A stretch of DNA of 59,134 bases, the filler included, from Stramenopiles sp. TOSAG23-6 (Eukaryota), in the NCBI GenBank assembly GCA_900128565.1. It is 4 parts of 4 records of this genome, joined end to end, with 100 filler letters (N's around TTAATTAATTAA, not from the genome) between each part and the next. Parts side by side here need not be neighbours in the genome. Positions count along the whole stretch, not along the records: positions 14,884 to 29,589 come from LT636134.1; positions 29,690 to 44,375 come from LT636135.1; 2 more parts are not named here. One strand, given 5' to 3'. Position numbers and translations under genes: made by a program. Below the pieces are notes generated by a model. The model was not told where the DNA came from and made no database searches. It worked only from the letters and a program-made list of their open reading frames with translations. Shown piece after piece: positions 21,667 through 33,799 of this stretch. Position 1 is the first letter of the stretch, and the number at the start of each line of letters is the position of its first letter.

Positions 21667-24600
21667 ATGCCGCTTCGCCTCGATAGTATTATTGAGAAAA
21701 AACTTTCTGCGCAGTCCGACCGTGTTAAGTCTGTAGATCTGCACCCAAAGGAACCATGGGCACTTACTGCATTATACAACGGGCATTTGTTTATATGGAA
21801 TTACAACACAGAGCAGCTAGAAAAGTCGTTTGAAGTTGTAGATTTACCTTTGAGATGTGCGAAGTTTATTGCCCGAAAGAGTTGGGTCGTATGCGGAGCT
21901 GATGACATGTTCATACGTGTTTATAACTACAATACACTTGCAAAGATTACAGAATTTGAGGCACATATGGACTATATACGTTATATTGAAGTACACCCGA
22001 CACTCCCATGTTTTCTATCCACTTCAGATGATTTACAGGTGAAACTTTGGGATTGGAGTAAAGATTTTTCGTGTACGAATGTGTATGACGGTCATATTCA
22101 CTACGTTATGATGGCAAAGTTTAACCCAAAAGACGCAAATTATTTCGCCACTGCTTCCCTAGATAAGACTGTAAAAGTATGGTCACTTGGATCATCTACA
22201 CCAAATTATACTCTTGAGGGACATGAACAAGGTGTTAATTGTGTAGCATATTATTCCGGTGGAGATCGACCCCATTTACTTTCTGGGTCTGATGATCAAA
22301 CGGTCCGTGTTTGGGATTATCAAACAAAGTCTTGTGTACAGCAACTTGAGGGTCATACTGCAAATATATCTTCTGTCGCGTATCACCCAATGCTTCCTGT
22401 TATAATTACGGGTAGTGAAGATGGCACAGTGCGTTTATGGCATAATACGACGTATCGTTGTGAAACGACTTTAAATTACGCCATGGAACGTGTATGGGCA
22501 CTTGACGTACAACCGCAGTCACATAATATTGCTATTGGATTTGACGATGGTACTGTTGTAATTAAACTTGGTAATGATAATCCTGTTGTGTCAATGGATA
22601 GAAATGGAAAAATTGTATGGAGCAAAAATTCTGAAATTGAAAGCGCAAACGTAAAAGGGATTGCTGCTGAATANGTACGTTCTTTTTATTTTTTACTTTT
22701 TATTTTTTTATTTATTTTTTTTTATAGTAAATTTTGTACCTAACGAAAATTTAATTTGTTTTTTGAAATATTGTCCCATAATACATAACTGCGCTGATGG
22801 AGATGCACTTCCCGTAACATCGAAACAACTTGGTCACTGCGATTTATTCCCACAGACACTTTTACATAATACGAATGGAAGTTTTGTTGCTGTTTGTGGC
22901 GATGGTGAATATATAATTTACACTGCAAGAAAATTACGAAATAAAGCATTTGGTAATGGACTTGATTTCGTGTGGCGTGATCAGGGCAGTGGTGATTACG
23001 CCGTTCGCGTTTCGTCGTCACGAATTCAGACATTTAAAAATTTCAAAGAACATCGTGTGATTAAGCCCCCAGGAGGTGCAACCGTTATATTTGGTGGTTC
23101 GATGCTAGCTGTAGGAAGCTCTCAAGAATGTGTTTGGTTCTATGACTGGGATACTGTATGTTTTATTTTTTTTTTTAACAAAAAAATCGATTTTTTTTTT
23201 TGAAAATTTTATACCTAACGAATTTTTTTTTCAAATATTTTTCCAAAATACATGGCGCTCTTGTCCAACAAATTGACGTTGCCCCAACAGCAGCATATTG
23301 GTCTGACTCAGCAGAATTAGTGACATTATGTTGTGAAGATACATATTATGTACTAAACTGTAATAGAGAACAAATATCTCAGGCTTTAGCAAATGGTGAA
23401 GCTGATGAAGACGGTGTGGACGGTGCATTTGAGCTATTACATGAAATCAGTGATACAGTCAAATCAGGTCTTTGGGTGGGAGATTGTTTCCTATATACTG
23501 TTGAAGGCAAATTCAATTATTATGTTGGTGGTCAAGTTATGTCCCTTGGGCACATTGATACGTCACTGTTCCTTTTAAATTACGTGGCCAAAGAAGATCG
23601 TGTTTTCTTATGTGATAAAAATCGGAAAATTGTGAGTTATTCTATATTACGGTCAACATTGGAATATCAGACAGCTGTGGTGCGAGAAGAATTCGAAACT
23701 GCAACAAGTATTCTTCCATCTATTCCAAAAGAGCAACATAATAAAATTGCAAAGTTTTTGGAGTCTCAAGGATTTAAGACTTTGGCTTTGAGTGTTGCCA
23801 CTGATCCTGATTTACGTTTTGAATTGGCTGTAGAATTAAATCAGTTAAATGTTGCAGCTGATATAATGAAAAATATTGTGGATAAAAATGAAAAAGTATT
23901 GGAACGGCATGATAATGCGAGTGGTATTTCTGCAGATTACGAATTGAAGTGGAAAAAACTAGGCGATTTAGCCTTAGCCCAATGTGATTTGGACCTAGCT
24001 CAGACTTGTATATCTCGAGCTGAAGATGTTTCAGCGCAGTTATTAATGTCAACTTCTATGGGCGATGCAGCTGGACTTGAAAATGCAGCAAAGCTCGCAG
24101 TTGCAAAAGGACGTACTAATGTTGCTTTTATTGCCTTCTTTTTATTGGGTAAAATAGAAAGTTGTTTAAAACTATTAATTGATGCTGATCGTGTTCCTGA
24201 AGCAGCTTTCATGGCTAGAACGTATTTACCCTCTGAAGTTCCAAAATTAATTGGGTTATGGCGTGAAAATCTTCAAAAAGTATCAAAGAGAGCTGCAGAG
24301 AGTTTAGCGGATCCATCGGAATATGCGAATCTGTTCCCTGATATGAAGCTAGCACTTAAAGCTGAAGAAATGTTTAAACAAAGACGTGGAGAAGCACCTG
24401 TTCCAGCATCGAAATATCCTGAAGCTATGCATGAAACTGATCTAGATTTGATTGCTATTATGCGAGATATGGAAGCGAATGGTGGTGACATTGAACGTGC
24501 ACTAGCAGATAATGGCGCTGGTGATGATATGAATGAAAACAATGATGAAGTAGTAAATACTCAAAATAAAGAAGAACTCGAGTTAGATGAAGCATACGAG

Positions 24601-24765
24601 CAGCAGTGCATTGAAGACAATGAGAAAAATTCATCCTTGGACGAGGAGTTGCCTCAATTATCTGGAAGTCAAATTAAAGCAGAAGCTGAGGAAGATTATA
24701 GAACAACTGATGAAGCAAATAGCTTAGAATTTCCCAGCGAAGATGATTCTTCAAATTTTGAATAG
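21667..24765 (+). CDS. COPB2: Coatomer subunit beta' (3 exons: 21667-22674, 22787-23155, 23254-24765)
   Basis: MPLRLD...[17 protein letters not shown]40 repeats, [50 protein letters not shown]. Confidence 0.97.
22675..22786 (+). other. Non-canonical intron GT-AT (112 nt)
   Basis: AN|GTACGTTCT...TTTTGTACCTAAC...CCATAATACAT|. Confidence 0.88.
23156..23253 (+). other. Non-canonical intron GT-AT (98 nt)
   Basis: CT|GTATGTTTT...TTTTATACCTAAC...CCAAAATACAT|; restores [15 protein letters not shown]. Confidence 0.9.
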
Positions 24766-25001
24766 GCAATTCAAAACGTGTTGAATAAAGTCTTAAGGTA
24801 CGAAATATTGGTACATAAAGTCTTCGGGTACGAAATATTGGTACTGGTGAAGCTCTTAAAGATGTTTCATTGAAATGCTTCTCCAGTTACAGCTTTAATT
24901 TTCTACGTTAGTATTTACAATTGCACTTGTATGAAAAATGCTGAAATAAAATTCAATACAATTGAACATATACAATCATTTATATTCGTGAATCTTTTTT
25001 C

Positions 25002-25559
25002 TTATACTCCATGACGCTGAGCTTCTTTACGCTTCTTATGTATCCACTCATCTACAGCCTCGTGATGAGATATCCACTCAATAGCTATACCAAATAATGC
25101 GAAACCAATCGATCCTTTTGCAGCGAATTTACAAACATCATGCATTGGTTGGCGTAAAAGTATTCGTGGTAGTCCACCAAACAGGGCACCTGCTACAAGC
25201 CCAGCACCTGCAGGGTTGTACAAGTCATGAACACCTCGGTGCTTCTCCAACACACACTCTAAACTAGCCCAAACGCCACCAACGAGAGCAAAATTAGGCA
25301 CTAACGCCTTTGTTCTCCACCATGTTGCTTGTATGGTTTTACGTGTGGAATTTTTCAACTGTTCAATCGTAGTCTTGCCAACTATTTGACCATGAGCACC
25401 TTCAAAAGTTCCCATGAATGTAGCAAGTGATAAACCAATTCCTATACCTGAAACCGCAGAAACCACGCCTTTTTTCCAGCAGTTTTCTTTCGCATCAACC
25501 ACAAAAGGAACTAAATAACGCTGCATTAGTCCTGGGGGTGTTCCTATCTGGTTTGTCAT
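25002..25559 (-). CDS. TIM22: Mitochondrial inner-membrane translocase Tim17/22/23 family (Tim22-like)
   Basis: ENCWKKGVVSAVSG, NFALVGGVWASLECVLEKHRGVHDLYN. Confidence 0.8.
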   Translation of the reverse strand: MTNQIGTPPGLMQRYLVPFVVDAKENCWKKGVVSAVSGIGIGLSLATFMGTFEGAHGQIVGKTTIEQLKNSTRKTIQATWWRTKALVPNFALVGGVWASLECVLEKHRGVHDLYNPAGAGLVAGALFGGLPRILLRQPMHDVCKFAAKGSIGFALFGIAIEWISHHEAVDEWIHKKRKEAQRHGV

Positions 25560-25794
25560 TATTGCTTCTTTTATACTAGCCAGGATAGTTTAAACCAAAA
25601 GACTTGGTTAGTGTGACTTAGCTTAGTACGCGTAATAATTATTGAGAGTCACTCGCGCTGAAATTTTCGGAAAAAATGGGAACCGGGTACTCATTTTGAC
25701 CAAATACAATACCGGAACAATACCGTAATATAATTATCAACATATATACGTATACCTCCAAAAGTAGTATGCGTTTGTAGAATCATCTTAAACT

Positions 25795-27072
25795 ATGCCA
25801 ATAATATATCATGAAAAACAGCAAGCTGCATTATGTGGACAGCATTGTTTAAATAATCTAGTACAGGGACCTCTATTCGATATATCATCTCTTGCTGATA
25901 TTGCCCATACTCTTGACGCCGAAGAAAAGAATTTAATGCTCCAAGCTGGTGCTCAAACCCCTGAAGCTCTCCGTTTTCTCGCCCAAGATTCTGTCAATGT
26001 TGACAACTCTGGTAATTTTAGTGTTCAAGTATTAGGTGTCGCATTACGTCGTGTTTGTGGGTGTCGCCTCTCTGACTCTGAGCATGAAGACGAAAAGGCA
26101 GCAGGAACAATGAAAAATCCTTTAGCTGAAGAAGCTTTTGTGCTTAACTTACACTCTCATTGGTTTACTATTCGGAAGTTATATGGTAAATGGTGGAATC
26201 TTAATAGTCTTAATTCTAAACCAGAAAAAATTTCAGAATTTTACTTAGAAACATATTTGGCTAGCTTACGACAAGAAAAATGGAGGATTTTCTTAGTTAG
26301 AGGCGGATTGCCTTCTCCTGAGGCCTTTGGCTTTGGTGTGAATGGCACTGGGCCTAATTTTTATAATATATCTGACCTTGATAATCCAAGTACATCTGAA
26401 GAGGCGAATACGTCTACTACATGGGGTGTAGGTAGAACTCTTGGTGGTGGGACAAATCAAACAACTGAAGAAAGCGACGCTCAACTAGCTAGAGCATTAC
26501 AAGAAAGTATGACTGAATATTCGTCAAATACAAAATTTCATACAAATAGTATACATTCTATAGATTCTACAGATTCGATGGATTCTGATCATCAAAGCAC
26601 AAGTATAGCTCAGGCAATTGCATTATCTATGGAAGACAAAAATTCCACGGCTGGACAAAATAATGGTACTGAGACGTCATCAATTGCGTCTACAGATGAA
26701 AATATTACCGCTGCGTTGGAACTTTCCTGTCAGTTACAACTTCAAAACCTTCAGGAATCTGTACGTCAAGCAACTGCACCATCCAACTTTCGTGTGAATA
26801 TACAATTTGATAGTGAGATTGGTTGTTCTACTATTGAAAAATGTTTTGAGACTTGTGGTGTTTTCTTTGATTATGTTACAGATACTGTGGCAACATCTTT
26901 TCTAGAAAAAGGTTTTTCAGTAGTAGATGCTTTACAGCTTGGTACATCATGTAAGGTACGTACAAAATATCCAAGAATTGCGATTTCTCGACCGCTTAAT
27001 CAAAATGATAGACAAATAAGATTGGATTCTATAGGACTAAATGAAGCCAGTGTAATTGTGACTTTGAAATAA
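25795..27072 (+). CDS. ATXN3: Ataxin-3-like Josephin deubiquitinase with UIMs
   Basis: IYHEKQQAALCGQHCLNNL, SGNFSVQVL, HWFTIRK...WWNLNSL; UIM-like DAQLARALQES and IAQAIALS. Confidence 0.92.
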   Translation: MPIIYHEKQQAALCGQHCLNNLVQGPLFDISSLADIAHTLDAEEKNLMLQAGAQTPEALRFLAQDSVNVDNSGNFSVQVLGVALRRVCGCRLSDSEHEDEKAAGTMKNPLAEEAFVLNLHSHWFTIRKLYGKWWNLNSLNSKPEKISEFYLETYLASLRQEKWRIFLVRGGLPSPEAFGFGVNGTGPNFYNISDLDNPSTSEEANTSTTWGVGRTLGGGTNQTTEESDAQLARALQESMTEYSSNTKFHTNSIHSIDSTDSMDSDHQSTSIAQAIALSMEDKNSTAGQNNGTETSSIASTDENITAALELSCQLQLQNLQESVRQATAPSNFRVNIQFDSEIGCSTIEKCFETCGVFFDYVTDTVATSFLEKGFSVVDALQLGTSCKVRTKYPRIAISRPLNQNDRQIRLDSIGLNEASVIVTLK

Positions 27073-27124
27073 ATTATTCGTTCAATAAAGAATTTCAATT
27101 TTTTTTATTATAGTTACTTAAAAA

Positions 27125-27532
27125 TTATTGCTTTCTTGAACAAAGTTTGCTTACTTGTTGTGGAGTAGTTGCATCACCAAGCATATCATTTACTTCTGAT
27201 GGAGATAGTGTTTCCCCTAGTAAATTGATACAATGTGTTAGTGTTTCTGCTGATAAACAACCGTCACTTTTACTTTTCAAAAAATGTTGAAAAAATACTT
27301 GGATAGGAACGTCGTCAAACAACATCTTGGAGTGCAAATATTTAAATAAATCTTTTTTTGATATAAATTTCGCTGACTTTTGATTTGTAATCTCTCTAAA
27401 TAACAATTCTAAGTCTCTCGTTGTGAACTTAAATCCAATTGCTTCAAGTTTTTCTCGAACACAACGTTGACTTAGTTGTTTTGTATTTTCCGCACTGAAA
27501 AACTCAAACATTCTCATAAACTCACAATACAT
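27125..27532 (-). CDS. Divergent EF-hand (centrin/calmodulin-like) protein
   Basis: LEAIGF, DGCLSAETL...LGETLSPSEVNDML. Confidence 0.6.
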   Translation of the reverse strand: MYCEFMRMFEFFSAENTKQLSQRCVREKLEAIGFKFTTRDLELLFREITNQKSAKFISKKDLFKYLHSKMLFDDVPIQVFFQHFLKSKSDGCLSAETLTHCINLLGETLSPSEVNDMLGDATTPQQVSKLCSRKQ

Positions 27533-28058
27533 TATATTATTTTATATATTTCATATTAATTAGATTGTTAGAGGTTGCGTTTTCTATAAAATATTTATAA
27601 TAGATGAGATAGAGAAAAAGTTTTTTGATGGCTAATAAAAAAGAAGAAGAAGAGAAAAATAATGAATATGAAAATTTGTCTTGTCAAGAATGGAGAAAAA
27701 ACATACCTTCACTTGGTAGACCAAAAGTAGAAGTGCTTTCATCGGGTTTTGACATTGTTGATGTGTAATACGTGCATAAATGGAATGAGATGCTACAGTA
27801 CGAGTATACTGCACTATATATAGTATACTTCTGCACTATTCTATTTGAGTGTTGTGATACTACTGGTACATGTCCGTTAATTTTGCGTTAATTTCGACAT
27901 ATTTATTTCGATTTCGATGGGACGCGACTCGGACTGTGTGGTCATGAACATCAACCAAGACTCCTTCTCCAAACTAAAAACTTGGGTTGTATGTCACAGT
28001 CTGTATTATTGTAATCAAGTATATTGCTGTTTACGATATTGTATATACTATTATAAAA

Positions 28059-28802
28059 ATGGTGGAATTCAATCGGATAAATGTTGCTCGTATAGCTGCT
28101 ATATGCTGGTCTGTCTGGGTTGCATCAACGTGGTCTTCTGGAGCTGCGAAAGTTACTTCAACGAGTTGGAAAGATAGTCTTTTCCCCTTACACCCCATAT
28201 TTTTTTCTCTTTGGTTTGTATTCCTTTTTCACTCGATTACTTTTGCAATGGAAGCAAGAAGTCACGTTGGAATAAAACGAACAAAGTTGCTTTATCGTCA
28301 CAAGAACTGCATGATTACGTCTACATTTTGTTGTTGGTCTGGTTTATTTTTCATCATGTTCAATAAAGTTCTTAACAAAGACGCAGGTCTACTATTCTTT
28401 TCATTCAGGGGAAAACTTCCAAGATCACCTTCAACTCACGCAGTATATGGACTTCTTTGGACTACGGTAAGTATTATTGTGATGGTATTCGGGATGTTAT
28501 GCTTACTGCCTGAAAAAGATTTACCTAATATATTCCAGAAGAGAATTAGTCCAAAGATAAAAATATTACTCAAACCAGCTCATCGATTTTTCGGTGCTTT
28601 GACCTGTATCGCTGGTATTGTAGCAGCTTACCTTGGGTTACAAAAGACAGGCGATACTGGTATAAAACAGGCTATCATATTAGCATGTCTTTGGTTAATT
28701 TTATACATACCCCAAATAATTCATGTTATGAATGACTTGAGGAAAATAGTAACTTTGTCAAGATTATTTTTAAAACAGGAAAAACAAAAATCCAATGCAT
28801 AG
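28059..28802 (+). CDS. Cytochrome b561-like membrane protein
   Basis: TM helices with His motifs FPLHP, RHK, STHAVYG and AHRFFG. Confidence 0.7.
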   Translation: MVEFNRINVARIAAICWSVWVASTWSSGAAKVTSTSWKDSLFPLHPIFFSLWFVFLFHSITFAMEARSHVGIKRTKLLYRHKNCMITSTFCCWSGLFFIMFNKVLNKDAGLLFFSFRGKLPRSPSTHAVYGLLWTTVSIIVMVFGMLCLLPEKDLPNIFQKRISPKIKILLKPAHRFFGALTCIAGIVAAYLGLQKTGDTGIKQAIILACLWLILYIPQIIHVMNDLRKIVTLSRLFLKQEKQKSNA

Positions 28803-29014
28803 ATATTCCATGAACTAAAAAAAAAACATTACTATAATATACATAATCTAATACATGAGTTTTTTTTTGTTAGGTACAAATTTCACGGAGATACAAACTA
28901 TGCCTCGAATTCAATTACGTGAGCAAATATCGCGTACTCATCGACGCATTGTTATCATTATAATAAAAATTCTATTCTAAAAATAATTCCTTTATTTTAG
29001 TAAAAAAAATGTTT

Positions 29015-29080
29015 TTATTCAGGTTTTATTCAGGTTTTATTCAGGTTTTATTCAGGTTTTATTCAGGTTTTATTTAGGTT
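29015..29080. repeat. 11-nt tandem repeat (TTATTCAGGTT) about x5
   Basis: Seen directly at the 3' end of the phosphatase gene. Confidence 0.9.
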
Positions 29081-29534
29081 TTGGAATATTTGCTTGATAC
29101 ATCCAATGACCCTCGTAATCTATAAATTGTATTTGTAACTCATCAACACCTAATGAACCGACCATAAATCCTTGCCTTCCCATACCAAACTGCCCTCGGA
29201 CAAAACTGTCTTGAGCGGACATACCTGATGTTGGATTTTTGTGTTTTCGAAACATATTTATTTCTCTTGACGGTTTCCCATCTTCGTTATAACTAAAGTG
29301 TTCCATTGGACGAACAGAACTACCAGCACCACTAACAATATAATGTACTGTATGTTTCTGCGTTGGGTTGGGGGTAAGATTAGGGTTAGGGTTATCTTGT
29401 ATTTGATGTATAGGAATGATGTGCTGTAAATCGTGATCGTGTCCGCAAAGGTAAGCAGCAACTTTATTTTCTTCTAGGATAGGTTCCATATGATCCATCA
29501 TCCATTTGCTTTCTTCAGAATGGTATCCCATACT
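29070..29534 (-). CDS. Last exon of a purple acid phosphatase/TRAP-like metallophosphoesterase (5' part lost in gap)
   Basis: GYH, YLCGHDHDLQH and YIVSGAGS; preceded by the 3' end of a family intron (TTTGTACCTAAC...CCAAAATACAT, 29589-29535). Confidence 0.82.
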   Translation of the reverse strand, partial: SMGYHSEESKWMMDHMEPILEENKVAAYLCGHDHDLQHIIPIHQIQDNPNPNLTPNPTQKHTVHYIVSGAGSSVRPMEHFSYNEDGKPSREINMFRKHKNPTSGMSAQDSFVRGQFGMGRQGFMVGSLGVDELQIQFIDYEGHWMYQANIPKPK

Positions 29535-29734
29535 ATGTATTTTGGAAAAATATTTAAAAAAAAATCTAAAAAAAATTGTTAGGTACAAANNNNNNNNNNN
29601 NNNNNNNNNNNNNNNNNNNNNNNNNNNNNNNNNTTAATTAATTAANNNNNNNNNNNNNNNNNNNNNNNNNNNNNNNNNNNNNNNNNNNNAAAAAAAAAAA
29701 AAAAAAAAAAAAAAATCTTTAGGGAAAAAATTTC

Positions 29735-29777
<43 letters not shown>

Positions 29778-30155
29778 GATGAAAACAAACATTTGATCTA
29801 TTTCTATTCCTATCAAAATCAAAACGAAAATCAATTGACTGTACAAAATTAAAGTCAAACAGTCGAGGGACTTTTGCATTTGTAATATCTGGTATTGTGT
29901 TTATTGATATAAAATATTGATTTTTACGTTTATATGGGCGTTTGAATAACGGACCTTGTATTTTGATACCATATGTCAATTTTTTTTTTTCTCGTTAGGT
30001 ACAAAATTTCGTACGAAAACTATAAAAAAAAAAAAAAAAAAAAATTTGATATGTCTTTTTTTTTTTCTTTAGGAAAAAAATTTTTAAAAAAAACTAAAAA
30101 AAAAAAAAAAAAAAAAATGAAATTTGAAATGTATAAAGAAAAACAAACTTGTGTA

Positions 30156-30479
30156 TTAAACACATGCAACATCAAACGTAAATGCGCCGCGTATTGAGTC
30201 CATATGCCGAGCAGTTGTAACAAAGACTCGACCAAGTTCTGCTTTGCAACCATTACAGTAAAATCGTCTAAAAGCACTACCTGTCCCTTCAACTTCCATA
30301 TTTTCTACAACTGTGACCCCTGTTGCGGTCCCAAGGGATACTGTTTGTTGATCTTGGTCAGCAGATAGAAACGAGTATGTATCTCCTACAACGCACTGGC
30401 ATTGTCGACACTGAAATATTGAAGGGGAAGCAAGTTCTTCCTCAATCATTTCCTGATGAGCTTGTGAGGAAGGTGTCAT
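30156..30479 (-). CDS. Mis18/Yippee-family zinc-binding protein (3' end uncertain)
   Basis: IFQCRQCQCVVGDT...FYCNGCKAELGRVF...IRGAFTF. Confidence 0.72.
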   Translation of the reverse strand: MTPSSQAHQEMIEEELASPSIFQCRQCQCVVGDTYSFLSADQDQQTVSLGTATGVTVVENMEVEGTGSAFRRFYCNGCKAELGRVFVTTARHMDSIRGAFTFDVACV

Positions 30480-31056
30480 TTGTGCGTTTTCAATGGAAGC
30501 AATGAACTGCACTGACTAATAATACACTTTCAAATGGAGAAGATTATTGCTGCTGATATTGTAAGAGTCTTGACCAAAGTTATGAGGTGTCGTTTATTAT
30601 CAAACAAACAAAATATTATTTATTTATAATATTTATTATTTTATATATGGGATTTCGAGACTGTGTGTTGTTGTTGTTTGAACTATAAAAACTAAAAAAA
30701 TATAATTGACTGATTAAATTTTCCATTTTCGATTAAAATTTTGGATTTCGTGTATTTTGATATGACAAAAAAATCAAATCGGTCGATTTTTTGACACAAT
30801 GAAAAAGATAGAATTACTATAAAGAATAAAATCCAGAAATTATAGACTACAATTCGCAACTTCTTAACAGTACAACAAGTATCAAAGAAGTTTTGCTATC
30901 AATACAACATATTCAATTGTGTCGTTGTGTTCATATCATTAAAAAAAGATATTTGTATTCAATGTATAAGCAACTTTATTACAAACAATTGTGTAGATTT
31001 GTGTGAATTCAACCGCCATTAGACAAAACATTTCCGTTTTGCGATTATTTTCAACA

Positions 31057-33749
31057 ATGCAGAGTATTACTCTTATAATACTGTTTTTCATACTTTCAAC
31101 CAACGTAACTGTTGTATATACGTCTTTGACTACACGTCCGGATGCAATAAAACCGTATTTATTTCATGGTTGTTTTGATATATTACCTGACAACCTCCTA
31201 TCTAAGATTATTCATGTCTCTACAACAATTGATGCCTCTATTGCTCAATGTGAAATAGTAGCAAGGTTATCCCTTTTTGAAGAGATACATTCTAGATTTG
31301 AATTCAACAATGATACCGTACATACATTCTTTGTTATACACAAAAATAAAAATGAAACGAATCAATTTCATTGTAGTTGGGGATTTCAAAATACCGAGGA
31401 ACATGACACATTTTATCCTATAATGAATAATAACCCTAACCCTACCCATACGCCACAAAAATGGGGGTCATATGTTTCATCTACATTTGAATATTCATCC
31501 AATCTATCAAAGAATCAAAAAATAAATCGAGATTTTTGTGATACTTTATATGATATCACTAATTTTGAAAATACAACGAACCCTAACCCTACATTTGAAA
31601 ATGCAACAAATCATCATAAAAAAAAAACGATACAAAAAAAAAACATATATAGTGTATATACGCTGATTCCTAGTGTACAACATGTAAGTTTCTATTATAT
31701 TGTAATGATTTATATATCAACACAAGTTTTAACAAAATCAATACAAAATATTTTTTTTTTCTACAATTTTTTCTTTTCGTACAAAATTTTATACCTAAAA
31801 AAAAATCGAAAAAATCGAAAAAAATCGAAAAATTAAAAAAAAAAAAAATGAAATATTTTCTTACAATATTTCTACAACTTCTCAAAAAGGCACAAAGTAA
31901 TTATCATTATGTAGGCTGCTTTGCAGATCGTACACCACATGCCGTAGTTAAATGGTACAAAAAAATGACATTGACGAATTGTGCAGGAATTGCATTCTCA
32001 ACACGAAATCTCTGGTTTGTGCTTGAATTTCCACAAGGTTATGGTCTTGGTCTTGAGGGTCATGCTAATTGTGGAATGGGTGGTACATACATGGCAGATG
32101 GTGAATCTATTCCAGTATGTTCTATGTAGTGTTTTGATTATTATTCCAAATTTTTTTCAAATTTTTTTTCAAATTTTTTTTTGTACCTAACAATTTTTTT
32201 TCAAATTTTTTTTTCTTCAATTTTAAATTTCAATTTTCAATTTTTTTTTTTTGTAGAAAATTCTGTATATACAAATGTTTTTTTTTTCTTTGGTGTATAT
32301 ATTGTACAACACATGATATATATTGTGCAAGTAAAAAAGATAAAAATGGACATGCCTTAGGTGGACCGGGTGTCATGTCTGTGTTTGTCTATAGTAAAAA
32401 TTCAATTTCTTTAGGTACGAAAATAAGTACAAAACAAAATATACAAAATTTAGCATCATTATATACTGAATATACTACACTACAAATATTGGAACCACAG
32501 AACCCTAACCCTACTATAAACAGTCCAGATTCTTTTATGGACAACAATGATGATTTTGTGTCAACACGAAATAATGGAAAAAAAAAAAATTCGAAAATAA
32601 AAAATGATTCCAAAATTGTACCTACAAAAAAAAAAAAAAAAATTTGAAAATTTTGAAAATTTTGAAAATCCAGACAATCAACTACAAAAATGTATACAAA
32701 AATGTGTTGAAGTCCGTTCATACAGACGATGTATAGATTTGACAGATCATTCAGGATTTCGTGTTACACTGAGGATTAAAGCGTTTGAGCCTGTTTCATT
32801 TGCTTTGTCACAAACATGTTTATATTATTTTCGAAACAGAAAAAAAGTGGATGAATGTATACAGTTGATATATAAGCTACTTCAAGAAAAAAATGGGGGA
32901 TTTATCAAAAATACAAAAAATAAAAAAAATAAAAAAAATACAAAAAATACAAAAAATACAAAAAATACAAAAAATACAAAACAATCGGATTATATACAAT
33001 TTGAGTGTGTGTGCAATGGTCATTCTGAAACATCTGAGTTGTCGTGTAATGGTCGAGATGTATGTTTTATTTTTTTTTTTAGATTTTTTTTGAATTTTTT
33101 TATAGTAAATTTTGTACCTAAACAAATTTTTTTTTTTTTTTTTTTTATAGTAAATTTTGTACCTAAACAAAAAAAAATTGAATTTTTTTTTTTTTGAAAT
33201 ATTTTTTTGAAAATACATGCTGTTGAATTTGCAATTTGGAATACTGATCGAGAAAAACAATTTGAAATGTATAATTGTTTTAATGATGATTCTTTTAGAG
33301 ATGATTTTCAGAAAATAATTGGTCAATATATACAGAATAATTCAACAAAAAAACATATTATTTTTAATGATGATAATAATAATAATAATAATAGTAATAC
33401 TACTACTACTACTACTACTAATAATAATACGAATAATAATAATAATAATGATGATACTACATGCAACCCTAACCCTAATTTAAATAATGATAATACTACT
33501 ACAAATGAAATTATCTCAAAATGGAGAAAAAAATGGTTATTACAAAATACAAAACAAAAAGTAACAAATAATGAATCTTGTATTTTATTTCAACGATATA
33601 ATGGAATATCACCTCTTTTTGCTTTACACGCTGATGTTGTCGTGTTTAATACACAAGTTTGTTTTTCTTTATACATTTCAAATTTCATTTTTTTTTTTTT
33701 TTATAGTTTTTTATAAAAATTTTGTACCTAACGAAAAAAAAAATGACAT

Positions 33750-33799
<50 letters not shown>

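Noticed and set aside
21667-24765. Pseudogene interpretation of fragmented COPB2, PDHA1 and TUBG1
   Set aside because: Exons are free of stops and highly conserved, and every break coincides with a family insert
32620-32650. Programmed frameshift in the FucT gene
   Set aside because: Falls in a long poly-A run; homopolymer error or an unresolved decayed intron is more likely
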